Shown here: positions 13,708 through 28,112 of the stretch, piece by piece
How the letters are laid out: each line of letters begins with the position of its first letter
Numbering within the stretch: position 1 is the stretch's first letter
The notes under the pieces: generated by a model
Databases searched by the model: none
Told to the model about the DNA's origin: nothing
Seen by the model: only the letters and a program-made list of their open reading frames with translations
Source of the DNA: Felis catus
Taxonomy: Eukaryota
DNA length: 64,000 nucleotides
Reading direction: 5' to 3'
Assembly: GCF_018350175.1 (NCBI RefSeq)
Contig: NC_058368.1
Location: 128,280,001-128,344,000 of the forward strand
Translations under genes and position numbers: made by a program

Positions 13708-14180
13708 ACCCCAAGACAAAAAGACCCTGAGGGTCAAGTGACTGGCTCTTAGCCACACAGATAGTTGATGATGGAGAGAAACAGGGATCCTGCTAACAGA
13801 GAGGAAGGTTCAGAGGAAGAGAGGAAACAGAAATGACAGTAAGGGCTTAGAATAACTTGCTGTGGGAAATCAAACGGCGTGAGCAACTACGTAGATCTGA
13901 GCAAAAGCCAGACTGAAGCAAAATGATTTTTAAGGAAAAGCATTTTTGCTGCTGTATGAAGTACACAATAAATTAACCCTGTCCGATTCCTTAGCTTGGC
14001 ACCATTTGCTATCAGAACACAAAGTGAGATAGCAACACAGTATATTTAAAGGTAAAAACCAGGTCTAATACTTCTCATTTGAGAAAGTGTCCTTTTATAA
14101 TTGGTGCCTAACCCATTCCAGGAAAAAGTTGAAATGAGGGTTTTTGTTTTTGGTTTTTCCACACCTAGTTATAACAAACT

Positions 14181-14367
14181 TTGGCTCAGTGCATGATCTC
14201 ACAGTTCGTGAGTTCGAGCCCCACATCATGCTCTGTGTTGACAGCTCAGAGCCTGGAGCCTGCTTCAGATTCTGTGTCTTCCTCTCTCTGTGCGCCTCTC
14301 CCCCTCTCATGTGTGCATACGTGCTCTCTCACTCTCTCTCAAAAATCAAAAAACATTAAAAAAAAAG
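14181..14367 (+). mobile_element. 5'-truncated CAN-SINE
   Basis: Starts at ttggctcagtgcatgatctcacag; CT linker and A tail present. Confidence 0.9.
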
Positions 14368-16928
14368 TTACAAACTGAGTGCACAAGAGCTTGGACTTTT
14401 TTGGGTATTCCCCAAGTCCAAAGTTGAGTGAGTTCTGCTTCCCTTAGAAACGTCCTCTTGTTCCGGCAGCTTGAAAACATTTAGAATGCTCCTCACCTTA
14501 TAGTTTTGTTTTAAGCAACTGGTGGTAGGGCATTTTCCAGGCAGAGTCCTCATTTTGGAGACCTTCCTTCCCAGTACAAGTGTGTGCGTACTGACCTAGA
14601 CCTGTGCTTGTGACAGATTCTTAGCAAATGTTTGATGGTGACCCTGGCTTTCCAAGGTCAGTTGCTACCCTTAGCTACGTTTCATAGCCTTTTCTCAAAA
14701 GGGACAGGGTGAGAAAGGGACTTCAAGACCGGAATTTATTCTGCTTAGCCACTTCCCCTACTACTTATCAAAGGCTTGGCCGATGGGAATGTAGGGCAAG
14801 ATGCACACACCCATTTTTCAGTTACCATCTAAAATCAAAGTTAAACACACTTGTAGCATTCTTCCTGCTGACCAATAAATCATAGTGTTTTCTCGAAAGA
14901 CAACTTTTTTCCTGGAGACTGGCCAACAGAAAGATGTGGGCAGCTCCATAGTTTCTATACAGGAAGAGACTGGGAAGGAATCTATCAAGAGGAACGAACA
15001 TAGGGGACTTTGCTTAAAGCTGTGTTTGCAAACATGCTTCTGTTACACTCATTGCAGGTTTATGGGGCCACTACTTGGGTTTTATCAGGACAGCAGTACC
15101 AGATTCAGTTGAGTGGAGTTCACGGAGATAATGGTAAAGCCCCCACAAACAAGGTACCCTCTGGCCTCCAACTGGAGAATGAAGGAAGAGATGAAGGGCC
15201 GGAGCGGGACGAACTTGGAAAATGATGAAAATCTAATGTCAGTGTGTCCACTCCAGTATAAATCTGTGTTTGGGGCTGGGAGGCTCCCAGACACAGGCAG
15301 TTAAATAGTTCAAAGGCCTTGTTGGAGGGATGCAAGCACATCATTCTCTACCCATCCTCAATATTTTTTACCTTATTCATATTCTATGTAGGTTGGGGGG
15401 GAAATATAACAACATCTGTGAAGAGATACCACCACAAATGGTAGAGAATTCAAAAGTTACACTAGAAAATATGATGAAATGTAACACCCTTCCCACCTCT
15501 ATCTCCCAGCCACTCAACAACTGTTACAGTTTCTTGAATATACTTCCAAAGCTGTTCTATGCACATACAAGTACATAGGTACGTGTACTTTTATGAACAT
15601 TTATAGAAGACACATGGAGGAGTAATTTTCAAAATTTTTTTTTGGTGATCCACAAAAAGCAAAGAACCTTCTCTTCCATTCCATTGACGTTACTATGTAT
15701 GCCCAGTATCAGGGTGCTGTCATCATTTTAGCTTGGTACTCTATGTTCCTCAGAGCATTTGTGTCCTCTCATTATTGTTTGGATTCAATAATTTCCCTGT
15801 GTATTCTTCCCCTTTTATTTATCCATATAAACTTCACAGCTTGTCTAGACATGTGGTCCTATCCTGCATTATATCCTGATACCAAATGTTTTTGTTTCTA
15901 TGGGTAAGGACTACTGACTTTTTTTTTTTTAATCAAGCTACAGTACTCACTTCTCTTATTATTGCTGGCAGTGATCCTTCAGTTATTTTTGTTTCCTAGG
16001 CACAATCGTATTATTTCCAAATATGATTATTTTACCTCCTCCTCTCCAACTTATACATATTTCTCTTCTCTAAAATGTTGGCTAGTACCTCAAGACTGGC
16101 ATTCAACTATGTGAGGACTGTGACATCCTTGCCCTGATTTAATGTGAATACTTCTATTGTTCGTACATTAAGCATGAGCTGACTTTTGCAATAAGATAAA
16201 TGTTATATTAAAGCAGCATGAATTTAGTTATACTTCATGAGGTGTTTTTCCATAATCAATAATGGACTCTCATAAAATTTTCAGCCACCATGGGTGGGAG
16301 CACATGGCTTGCTGTTTTAATACAGTACTACAGTGAATTACATTAGTAGGTTTCCTAACACTAAGCTAACCTGCCTTTGCTCAAATAAACCTCACTTAGT
16401 CATATTTTACTCTTTTTTTATTGTCATTCTGGATCCTGTTAATATTTCACTCAACACCTTTGCACCGATACTCACAAGGGACATTGGTTTTTGGTTTTCT
16501 TTCTTTTCATTGCTGTTCCATAGCAGATTTTTGTGCTTATATATCCTTTACTCTGTAACCAGAAACCAGGGGCTTGGCTTTATCTGGAAAAGTGTGAAAT
16601 CAATTGAGTAATCAATTAAGGTTTGAAGAGTTGATCTGGGAAAACATTTGCACCTCATAGTTGGGGAGAGAGGCAGCCTCCACACAACTTTTCTCTTTTT
16701 TTATAGTATAATTCATCTCTTTAGGTTTTCAGATTTTCTGGGGTCAGCCTTGGAATGTTATCTTTTCTATACATTAAATGTTTTATCCAAGTTTTTAAAA
16801 ATGTATTTGAACATGATTGACCAAATAAGTCTCCTATAATCTCCTTTAACTTTTTGACATTATTTCTCTATTCCTGTTTACTTATTTCATCCATTCCTGC
16901 TTTTTTCCTTTGCAAAAATAAATGAGTG

Positions 16929-17940
16929 CTGCAATATTATTCACAGTAGCCAAAAGGTGGAAGCAATCCACCTGAAAATAATTCAGACATAGAAAAGGAG
17001 AAATGACATATGCTAAATGGATGAACCTTAAGGGCATTGTGCTAAATGAAATGAGCCAGACATTACAATGGAGACAAAAAGACATTGGAATTTACCATAA
17101 TGTGGGGGGATGGAGAATGTGGAACTATTGCTTAACAGGCACAGAGTTTCTGTTTAGGGGGATTAAAAACATTTGAACATAAGTAATGACGATGGTTGTA
17201 CAAAATTGTGAATATACTCAATGCCACTAAACTGTATGCTCTAAAATGGCAAATTCTCATTAAATATATTACAGAAACACTAATTCCAAAGGATATATGC
17301 ACCCCTTCTTACTGTATTTACAATAGTCAAATTATGGAAGCAATCCAAATGTCCATCAATTGATAAATGGATAAAGAAGATGTCGTATATATAATAGAGT
17401 ATTATTTAGCCATTAAAAAGAATGAAATCTTGCTATTTGCAACAACATGATTATGGACCTTATGATTTCACTCACATATGCAATTTAAGAAACCGAAGGG
17501 GAAGAAGAACAGATCAGGAAAAAAACAGACTCATAGAGAGAACAGTTACCAGAGGTCAAGTGGATGGAGGGGGACTGGTGAAACAGATGCAGATTAAAAG
17601 TACACTCATTTTTTTAAGTAACTTATTGAGAGAGAGAAGGCACACGGGAGCACGCGCGGGCAGGGGGGGGGCGGCGCAGAGAGAGAAAGAGACACTCAGG
17701 CAGCCTCCATGCTATAAGCATGGAACCAGATGCAAGGTTCAATCTGACAAACCATGAGATCATGACCTGAACCAAAATCAAGAGTTGGACACTTGACTGA
17801 GTCATACAGGCATCACAGAAGTATACTCATCTTGATGAGCACAGACATGGAATTACTGAATCTCTATATTGTACACTTGAAACTAATATAATACTGTATG
17901 GTACCTATACTGTAATTAAAATTTTTTAATTTTTCAAATA
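16929..17940 (+). mobile_element. L1 3' ends (older L1M-type followed by carnivore L1), with internal SINE
   Basis: tattcacagtagccaaaaggtggaagcaatcca...; ...gtacacttgaaactaatataatactgtatg, a carnivore L1 terminus. Confidence 0.85.
17610..17816 (-). mobile_element. CAN-SINE inside L1 3' UTR
   Basis: Diverged body; TSD aagtacactcat / aagtatactcat. Confidence 0.88.
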
Positions 17941-18617
17941 AAATTGAGTGTAGCCAACAATTTTAATATTTTTTTCCAGACCCAACTAATAGACTTAGTT
18001 TCACCATTTTAAAAATTTCTACAATTCATTTGCTTTTGCTTTTATCTTTATTAGTGTCTTACTCTGTTTTCTCTAATTCACATTTCATAAATTCTGCTTT
18101 TGGGTATTTAAAATTCACTAAATTCTTAATTTTAAGTATTTAATGCTATGAATTTTCCTCTGCAATTTGGCATTGCTTTACCAAGATCTCAGTCTCCAAT
18201 ATGGTGTTTTAATTTTTGTTAATACAGAGTTAATTTTTCTGACTGCTCAATCAAAGGACAGTATAATGTTTTCTGAGTATATAGTTTAATGTGTATCCAT
18301 TAGAGCTATCCTACTCAGGTCATTCAGAGTCCATATTCTTTCTTTCTTTTAGCTTTATAACTATTGGCCGTAGTTAATAGGTAAGATTTAAGTTTTCTGT
18401 TATTTGAACATTTCTATCTATTCCTATATTTTCTGTAACTTTGGCACTGGTTTTCATGACAAAATTTTTAACACATTAAGTTATATCACGAGTTACATCT
18501 TTTACTATAATCAAATGTCCTTTGTATCTAATTTAATGCTTTTTATTTAGAACACAACCATATAGTTATGATTGTTGCTTTCTCTCTCCCTCGCTCTCTT
18601 GGCATTTTCTTTGTTGT

Positions 18618-18990
18618 CTGTTTTGTTGGCTTGGGCCGCCCTAAAAAAATACCATAGACTGGGTGACTCTAAAAACAAAAATTTACTTTCTCACAGTTTT
18701 GGAGGCTACAAAGTCCAAAATGGGGGTGCCAGCATAGTCACATTCTGGTAAAACCTTCCTGGCTTGGAGACTGCCACCTTCTGCATCTTCCCATGGCAAA
18801 GACTACATTCTAGTGTCTCTCTTTTTGCCAGGGCACCAGCTCTATCAGATCAGGGCCCCACCCTTTCAACCTCATATAACCTCAACCACTCTTTAAAAAC
18901 TATCTTCAATATATAATCTCATAAAGGGGTTAGGACTTCAACATATAAACTGGGGGGTGGGGCAGGTTGGGACATGACTCACGCTAAAGC
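18618..18990 (-). mobile_element. MLT1-type (ERVL-MaLR) solo LTR
   Basis: aaataccatagactgggtgactc...tttctcacagttttggaggct...gggttaggacttcaacatat, the MLT1 signature. Confidence 0.85.
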
Positions 18991-19170
18991 AATCTCTGCC
19001 CAACTCTCTACACCTTCAGCCTTTCTGGGCTTCACTGTTCTACACGTCTCCTATATTGCATAGAACTGAACTCCACATTCTTTGTAAATACGAGTCTCTT
19101 AACAGGTGAGTGGGACAATTTACATTTATTGTTAAGGTTATATGTTTGGTCAAATTTGGGGACTCATTTT

Positions 19171-20719
19171 GTTGTTTTCTAAGCCTTTGCTTTGGGACAT
19201 GATGGGAAAATCTTACAGGTACACATGGCAGAGTAAGACGTGATCAGTTGAAAGTGAAGACAATCTAATCAGAAAGCTTTAATATTTGTCAGCTAACATT
19301 GAGGCTCAAGTCATGAGTGGGACATGCAGGAAGGCTGAAAGGGATGGTAATTAGTATTCCTCTCCTTGTTTATCCTCTCCTACTGAAGAATCCACACCAA
19401 CCTCCTCATAACCCTACTCAAAAGCAACCATGTCTGCACAGGCCTCAGAAAACTCCCCTTCCCCCATGCTATCACCCACCTACTAGTGAACCAAGGGACA
19501 CTTGGCATTCACCAGGTCATACTTGTGGTCCAGGCGAGCCCAGGCCTCAGCAATGGCTGTGGTGTTGCTCAGCATACACACAGCTCACTGTACTTGGGCC
19601 ACATCTCCACCAGGTACCACAGTGGGGAGGCAGGTAATTAGCACCAACTTTGAAGCCAGTGGAGCAGCAGTCCACAGACTTGATGCTGCACAGGTCTTGA
19701 TGGGGGCATGGCAGCAATGACACCTTTAGGAACATGATGCCACAGCATGACAGGCAGCAAGCCATGTATTTACCATGGTGGAGGTTACATTTCACCCCCT
19801 GGTTGGCTGGCTCAAAGCATGCATTGGTGACCTGTTCTATAGAAAGCTGTTCATGGTAGGCTTTATCAGCAGAGATTACAGGGCATATGCAGCCAGAGCA
19901 AAGTCGATGCAGGGTTAGGGCACCAGGTTGGTCTGAAATTTTGTCAGATCAACATTCAGGGCTTCATCAAATCAGGGAGAAGCAGTGATTTAGGAATTCA
20001 ATAGCAAGGTTTCTAGAACAGACACCACAGATGGACTCATTGCCATGAAGGCAAAATCAGACTGCTCCATGGTGGGATGGGTAGTGAAGATGGAGTTGTA
20101 GAGCACAACTACATCTGTGGACATCTGGGGGGCTGGGTAAATGGAGAACTCCAGCTTGGACTTCTTCCCATATCAACAGAGAGAGGGAAGTGGACCCAGA
20201 ACCAGCTCCCCCTTCAAAGCTGTGGAAACCAAGAAACTGTGAAGACATGTGCACTCATCAGCCAGTTTCCAAAATCGGCCCAAAACAAGGTCAATGATCT
20301 CCTTGCCAGCAGTGTAGTGCCCTAGGGAGTTGTTATTAGCAGCCTGTGAGGACCTGCTCAGGGTGAAAGAGCTGATGGTAGGTGCCAGTGCAAAATTCAT
20401 CAATGATGGTGGGTTCTGGATTTACAAACACTGCCCTGGACACACGTTTGCCAGCACCCATCTCACTGAAGAAGATGCAAGAGCCATCCCCTCCCCCAGT
20501 GGTCTTCTCACTTGGCATCTGACCATCAGGCTGGATGCCATGTTCCAAGTAATATGGCTCCCAGCAGGCACTGCCCATCTGACCACCAGCCTGGCCAACA
20601 GGAATGAAGATGCCCTCATACATGGTGGCTACAGCTTAGCAGGCACCGGCTACAGAAGCAGACACTGGGTCCTGGTTACTGTTGCCAACAAACTAAGAGT
20701 CAATGTAAGTCGCACACTC
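19171..20719 (-). pseudogene. TUBA1B: Processed pseudogene of alpha-tubulin TUBA1B (5' UTR, decayed CDS 20623 to 19351, 3' UTR, decayed A tail)
   Basis: Intronless. N-terminus [47 protein letters not shown] resembles [47 protein letters not shown]. It ends ...GAGAGGAATACTAA (GEEY*). Both UTRs resemble TUBA1B as recalled. Many frameshifts and stops; the CDS span is 1273 nt versus 1356 intact. Degenerate TSD at 19158-19170 / 20720-20734. Confidence 0.92.
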
Positions 20720-22439
20720 GGGCACTCATATTTTATGTTCTTATTCCCTTCTCTTGATATTACACTGTGTAATCTGTTTTGCTATAATGCCACCTTGATT
20801 TTTCCTCCTTTTAATAGGTTTTTTTGTTTGTTTGTTTCTTTGGTTTTTGGTTTGTTTGGTTGGGTTTTTTTTTTGTTTTTTGTTTTTTGGTTTTTTTTGC
20901 CTAAATGAAAGACTTTGTCTTCAAGGGCCAGTAAATGTTCTTGGATACATGTCAATGCTAATCATTCTGTATCAGTTTTCTCTGGGCCACAGTGCAGCCT
21001 TTTCATTTGGAGATTCAAGTCTTATTTAATTTTCCAAAGCATTTTACTGAGTATCATCTCCAGGCTTCTTCTTAAAGGATACCAATAATGCATACACTGC
21101 AATTCTTTTGCCTTCCAGATCTTTCGGATTCTCTTTCATCTGTTCTATGTTTGTTCATTTCTAGTCTATTTTTGCTTGCTTTTCTTAATCCTGTTCCCCT
21201 CTTCATCACGGATGTCAGTAGTGCCTGTTCTTCTTTGCGTTTATTCCAAGGTGCTTGCATTTCAATGGCGGCTCTATTTTTCTCTTCTGCTTCCTTCCTG
21301 AGCTCTAGAAGTTCTTGTTTCATCTCCATCTGTGATGTCCCTATTATTTTCCCCAAGCTCTCACTTGCTCTGCTTACACCTGTTTTGTTAACTTGCCTTA
21401 ATTCATAGCCATTTACTTACTCATCATTTTCAATATCTTGGTGGCCACTTATTATTGTGAAGAACCCTTTCTGCCATACATACATCTGTCCCTCCCCCAT
21501 GCCTTTTGTCTTATACCATCTTTACATGGAATCTGTTCTGGTTGCCTTTGTGCACTCACCTGTCAATTACATACACTCTTCTGGGACTTTGGAACTAGTT
21601 CATGTTGGGAAGGGGCAGGGCAGTACTTCCAGGCTAGCAGAAATTCTCCCTGGTTCAGGGAGAAATGCATCATGACAAGGTTGTATATGCAATTAACTTT
21701 AGCTTTTCCCTCTCTCCAGCCAACAAACACAGGCAGCTACAGCGCAAGGCATAACTTGGCTTCTCTTCCACCCACCTCACCAGGAGACAGACAAAAATGG
21801 CATTTCTACAGTTTTTTTTTAATTCAATTCTGCCTTTCCCATTTCTGTGTGATGAAGTAAGGTCTAGGGATCTAGGTTCCCTACCACCACAAGTAGATGC
21901 CATTCCTATGATTCCAAAGAAGAAGAAATTGGTTTTGCCCCCTTAGAACGCCATCTGTGTAAGAAAATGTTTTCCTTCCAACTGTGTCTGAAATCTACAC
22001 CTACAAACACCCCTTCCGGGAGCCTTCCTGGAGCTGTACTTGATCTTTACTGCATTGGCAGCTCTCCACATGTATTATCTTTTGCAGGTTAGTCTTTAGT
22101 TTTATCAAAGGTGACATTCTTATTTCTGCCCTCCGTTTTTCTTTCTGGAAAATTCTAAAGTATAGAAAAATATCTTTAGTATGTCTTGTTAAATCAAAGC
22201 CCCAGTATTTATAAAAGGTATAGATTAAAGTGAACACAAAGATTAACTTTAGGGGGAAAATGTGCTGGCATGTAGACACATATCCTGAGAACTGATCGTG
22301 GAAGGGAGGGAACAATTACTTTATCAGTACCTCAGCTGAGGATAAAAGAACCCATGTTCGGACTATGTATATGCTAGTCCCTCCCTGTAAACTCATTTCC
22401 CCCTAGCACCAGTGTTTTGTCTTATACCACCCCTTCGAA

Positions 22440-22610
22440 ACTTTGGTACTCAAAAGGTGGTCCGTGGACCAGCAACATCAGCCTCAGATGGGAGCTTGTT
22501 AGAGATGCAAAATCTTAGGCCCTAATAGCTCAAATAGCTCAAAATAGGAATCTGCATTATAAAAGATTCCCAGGTGACTCACATACACAGTAAGTTTGGG
22601 TAGCAGCATC
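22440..22610 (+). mobile_element. MER5A/MER5A1 hAT MITE
   Basis: ctcaaaaggtggtccgtggaccagcaacatcagc...gggagcttgttagagatgca...cccaggtgactc. Confidence 0.85.
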
Positions 22611-25600
22611 TGGTCTCAGCTCTAGTATCCCTTCCCTCTGCTGACCCAGTCATCTGAGGCTCCTTTGTTGCACACTCCAAAGACATTTCTTCTGAGCTCT
22701 CACTCTGTAATTATCCATTTACTAGAATATGTTTAGAAAAACATATTCATCTGTATGTCCCCCACTAAGGTAGTGCCAAGCTCCCTAACTATCCCACAAC
22801 CAATAAATATTTGCTGAATGAGTAAGTGCATGTCTACCATATTCTATTTATGTCTCAAACCATCTTCAGTGCCCATTGGCCCTTGCTCATTCTCCCTTCA
22901 GTGGCCTCCATGCATCAACTCATCCATGTCTATATCCACCTGCTAGAACTGAGCAAGGAAACAAAGGAATGAATGGTATCTCAGAAAATCCAAGAAATCT
23001 CATCATTCAGTGCCATTTTCCAACATCTTACGTACTTGTAAACAGCACAAAGAGATCCTGTTACCTGAGTGTTATTTTGGAAAATCTAATCATTATTCCT
23101 GTGTGGGAAGGGAAGACATTTCCCTGGCACTGGAGCAGACACCCAGCGCCCACAGCCCCAGCTCAGAGAGAATGTGCTGCAGCAGGAAGGTCCCAGTGAC
23201 AGAGGAGGGGCCAGACGGGGTGGGAGACACTGAGAGGAGCTTCCCCTGCTGCTGTGCTCACACTCAGCTCCAGTAGTGCAATTGTTCCTGTCTACTGCCC
23301 TCACCAGGTGTAGGGGAAAGTGCCATTCTCAGCTGCAGGGGGCTGTTTTGATGAGCAAGGAATGAAAAGTGACAGCTTGAAACTAGTTTCCCTACGTGGA
23401 TAATTAAACCTTTACTAAATATAGTAAGTTTAAAATGAATGTTCACAACACTGAAACAGAACATGCTAATTCTAAAAATACAGACTCCCTTGCTGTGGAA
23501 GTCCTCTCAGGAAAAGGGGACAGTGAAGTGCAACGATGATTTCATCCCTCCTGACCTCCACCCCCTACCCAGTGAGCCAATGTGTTCCAAGAGGAGGGTC
23601 ACCACATGGCAGGGGGAGAAGCCAGAGCTGTTAGCAGACACTCCATGAAACTCTGAGGAAACTAATGGTAGAAAATCAAGGAAGGAGAAGTGATAAGGCA
23701 GAAGTGCTCTCTGTGGGATCCTGCCTGGCACCAAATTAAGCCAACAAGCTCTTGTTTTTTTAATCAATAAATGCAAATCTCGAGTTCGTATGGGAAAGAA
23801 ATTTCATTAGCTTTGCATTGGAGTCCATGATGCATTTTGTTAGAAAGGACATTCCAGTAAGAAAAACTTTCTTTGAGGAAAGTAAACTTTCTAGGGAGGA
23901 ACTTTCCTGAACAATTTAATCACAGATGACCTTGACTCTCTATGACCTCAAAAGCGATTACACCCAGATCTCGAAGAAAGCTGTTCTTTGATCATAAAAT
24001 TCTCCTTTGCAATTTACGTGGTGTAATAACCTGTCAACAAAGCTTCAAAGAGTTGTCTTCACTTGGTATTCTTGTCTTCCCAACCTGCTCTCTCTGGAGC
24101 CCACTGTGACCAGAGTCAAAGTGTGCATCATGGGCATAATGTCCCCATGTTGTTCCTTCCAGTGGTCAGCCCCTAGTTGTGCCAGGAGCACGTGGCAGGG
24201 CTGGTCACCCCCTTCCTGAAAATCCTCACCTTTCACTCATCTGGTTCTCGATCCACCATTCCCTCTGATTCTCCTCTGACCTCAATAGGGACAACTTCAC
24301 TGACACAGAAAGTTGCATTTTGTTGATATGTGACCTCATCTTCAGTGACCATCCTTTCTATTTTTGGAAGGCTTGAGTTTTCTTCACAGCAAAACCAAGT
24401 ATGTGAATATGATACTTTGCTCTTCCAAAACGTAATGTGTCACAGAAAGTCACAGTGTCTCTTCAGAAGGCACCATCCTCAGGGGTCTCAGCACTGCTAC
24501 ATCCTCTGTGGTTCAACCTCAACCCTTCAACTTTCCAGTCTTCCCTCAGCACCAGTCCAGTGCAGTAGCTCAGGGGCACAGGTCTACACAACAATAGCCA
24601 GTTAATTCTCTCCTGGAGAGAGGGGAACTCAGACATCCACATAAAACTCTGGCTACCCTCAGCCCAAAGGGTACAAAGCCGAAAATTTATTTCCTCCATA
24701 AATTTCTGCCATGAAGTTATTTGTACTGCTTATCACATCTATACTTATAGATGTGACAACTAAGAAATTATTCCAGAAGAGAAGACAGCAAGAGTTTTGG
24801 TGTGTTTTTGTTTGTTTTTGTTTTTGAAGAATTGGGGGCAGGGAATGAGGAGGATTTGGGGCCAGGAAAACTCTTTTTCAGGTGTATAAGGGGCTACTGT
24901 GCTCCTCCCACTCTGTAATTCTCAATATAACAATCTGCCATCCTTCAAGGAAAAAGGCCATGTTCACAGTAAGCTCACTTCACTTACTCCTGTTTTAGCA
25001 CTTGTGACATTCCTGACCTGTCCTCCAACTCCACAGGCAATAATCAAACCAGATCAATTGCAAGAAATTACAACAATTTTACACATTCTGAAACTAGCTG
25101 CATGACATTTCAGTTGTTTTTTTGTTTTCCAAATATATCAATCAATAAATTAGACTTTAAAGGAAATCCTGGTTGTTTCAAGAAGTCTTTTACCTCTGTG
25201 TGAAAATTACTTCATCTGACAAATGCTCAGCCATCTTCTGTAAATGGTAACTCATTTGTTATCTACAAGTTTATAGAGCTAAAGAATTCTTTTAGCATAA
25301 CTTACATAAAAGACATTCTTAACCTCTAAAATTTAATGGGTGTTTTATATTGTGTTTACTTTTTCCATGGGAGCCAAGAAAGAAATCTAGCATGTCTGAC
25401 ACTTTTAAGAGATGTGCTTGTTCTGTATTCTTAATCCAATTCAAAATGTTCAAAGTTCAAGAGAAAGTTCTTAAAAGGAAGTAATTTCAATGTATATTTA
25501 TGCCACAATGACATTTGTAACATATGTATTATATAATGTATAATTTATAATTTCTAGAATTTACTTTGTAAAATTTTCAAATAGGCTCTATCAATATTTA

Positions 25601-27897
25601 TGAAAGGGTGGAAGGAGTTGAGATATTATCTACTTTTTTTTTAAATACTCCCCTTTTACAAGCATATGGTCAGTTCTTTGTCCATTGTCTTAGCAAAGTG
25701 ATAAACTGAGGCAGAAAGCAGACAAGGCCTCTGAAATTTCCTAGCATTGATTTCTGAGTATGTGTGTGACAATAAACACTCAAGGCAAAGAAAATGAACT
25801 GAGGTCTTTACAAAGTGTCTGAGGCAAACTAAAAAGGAAAAGAAAAGAATTTCTCACCTCACCCTACCACCACTCCAGAAGAAAATAAAAAGGCTTCTCT
25901 ACAAAGGAGAGCAGAGCCTAGGGGCCAGGGTGTCCTAAGAAAAGGGTCCCCCAGAAAGACAGTGGCTGCAGCCAGCCTCCATGCAGGGATTCCGGATTCT
26001 CAGCCCTTCAGAAAAGTAAGAAACTGTATTGACACAGCCCTCCAAGTAGAGGATGACTGTAATAAGACAAGACACCACAGTAAAAATGCCATGCAGACAG
26101 GCACGGAGAGTGACTGGGCAGGCTTCTGCGAGGCCCAGGGACTCAGGACCAGGACCACATGTGTAGACAGTCATTCCCCCCAACAAGTGCTTAGGACCAA
26201 GTCATCGTCAACATTATCCACATTTCCTAGAATCTGGGCTCCAAGTGTGAAATGAGAGAAAAGGTCGACCCAGCCCTGACTGCCATTGTCAGACACAAGC
26301 AGAATGGGGGGTGAGAAAAGAAATTATGATGGATTATAGGGAGAACACCAGCATATGTGGACGGAAACTCATACCCACTATCAAGGAAATAATCTTCATA
26401 ATTTGTTTTTCAACTAAGCAGACAGACAGTGACCTTATTTATTTCATTGACCTTATCCACTTTTATTGCATTATGAAACTGGTACACTGCGAGAAAACCT
26501 AAAATCTACAAATGTTTATGTTTATGCAGTATTCTCACTACTTGAAGGTCAGGAGTCAAAGTTTATGATCCCACAGATAAAAACATTAAGACATAAAAAG
26601 CAAACAAAGCAGGTGAGTGACAGAACTGAACGTAGTTCTGTTTTATTTTTGATATATCGTGTCGTCCTCAGACAGTATTCCAACCACTGTATCATGAGAC
26701 ATCCTAATGGCCAATATAAGTATTGTTTAACTAACTGTCTGGCATCACTAAGTCTAGAGACATTTGCTTTCTCTTGCTGAACGTAGCCACAGGGGGAAAC
26801 CCTGCTAAAAATCAAACATAAAATTTAAATGTAGGTTGTTGAATTTTCAACTTCAGCAGAAGTCACAATCTTGCCCAGGCTCTTATGTGAAAATGACAGC
26901 ACGGATTTGGAAAGAATGAAGTCCTAGAATGTGGAAAGACCACAGCTAGTTATACTGAAATGAAACTTACAAACCTGAAGGGCCAGGTCCCCCTGAGTCC
27001 TCCCTATCAATGGAAGTAGCCTGCCCTCTTTTGTCTGGGGACATCAGCCTCTTGTAGCCACTCTCTTCTCCAAAAGCATAATTCTCATCAGGCTTCAGGG
27101 TATCAGGCACACAATGTAACATGGGAGCAAAGAGCTCACTCTCCAAAAGAACTCAAAGATTTTGCTAAATTATTGGCATAAATCTAAGAAATACACGTGG
27201 AAGTAGATTCTAAGAGTGTTAGAACAGGAGGACCAAACAATGTTAGATTGGGCTACATTCATTGATAGGAGTGTATTTACTAGAGATTCTGAATTTAATG
27301 TGTTAGCTCATGTAAAGAGAAATGGCTATAACAACTGATGTGGCTGGTTGACTGAAACTTGGTCTCAAAAGTGGTCTACATTTAATGAGGTTGAAATATC
27401 AGGGAATACAAAAGCTTAGGTAGACAGGGACGTTCAAGCAGATTTATCATGTGTTACCTGCAGAGTCCCAATTATATTCCCCAAGGCCCAGAATATACTC
27501 ACTTCATTAAACATTGATAAGTATATAATTGGGTAGAGCACCTGTATCCTCAAAAAGGATTGCTCACCTTGCAGACCAAGAATGACCATGAAGAGTTTCA
27601 TTGATGGGAGACCCCTGATGTCAATGGGAGGATAGGATTCCAGAGGAAGAGAAGGCATGAGGCGGCAGTTTACCACCAAAGACCAGGAGAACACACTCAC
27701 AATGAAGGGAACCAGGGACGTAATGGTGATCTGTTAACAGGATTTAGCAAGAAAAAACTCTAGGTCTGGTGGCCAAATACCTGGCTTGAGTTGAAAGGGA
27801 AAAGGTATGGGGAAGACTTCTCAAAGAGGGCATAGTGGGAAGAAATTTGTCTTGTATGTGAATTCCTACCCAAGGGCATCCGCTATGGAAGTTCTTT

Positions 27898-28112
27898 TAA
27901 AAATTTTTTTTAATGTTTATTTTTTAGGGAGAAAGAGAGATAGAGCATGAGCATGGAAGGGGCAGAAAGAGAGGGAGACACAGAATCTGAAGCAGGCTCC
28001 AGACTCTGAGCTGTCAGCATGAAGCCCTACATGGGACGTGAACTCACAAACTGCAAGATCATGACCTGAGCTGAGATTGGATGTTCAAGTGACTGAGCCA
28101 CGCAGGCACCCC
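27898..28112 (-). mobile_element. CAN-SINE
   Basis: Full body, TSD ctatggaagttcttt. Confidence 0.95.

Larger units (their letters stand above)
15940..21420 (-). mobile_element. Highly decayed old L1 (L1M-type) hosting younger L1 ends, an MLT1 LTR and the tubulin pseudogene
   Basis: T-rich antisense L1-like text (ggctagtacctcaagact...gacatccttgccctgatttaatgtgaatacttct); ORF1-like coiled-coil ORF at 21072-21356. Boundaries approximate. Confidence 0.55.

Noticed and set aside
17645..17680. Small CpG-rich patch
   Set aside because: Inside a SINE linker and far too short for a CpG island.
20330..20908. Longest ORF in the track (192 aa, plus strand)
   Set aside because: Antisense frame of the tubulin pseudogene extended through a T-rich tract.
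21072..21356. Coiled-coil-like 94-aa ORF
   Set aside because: Consistent with decayed L1 ORF1 in the surrounding old L1, not a host gene.
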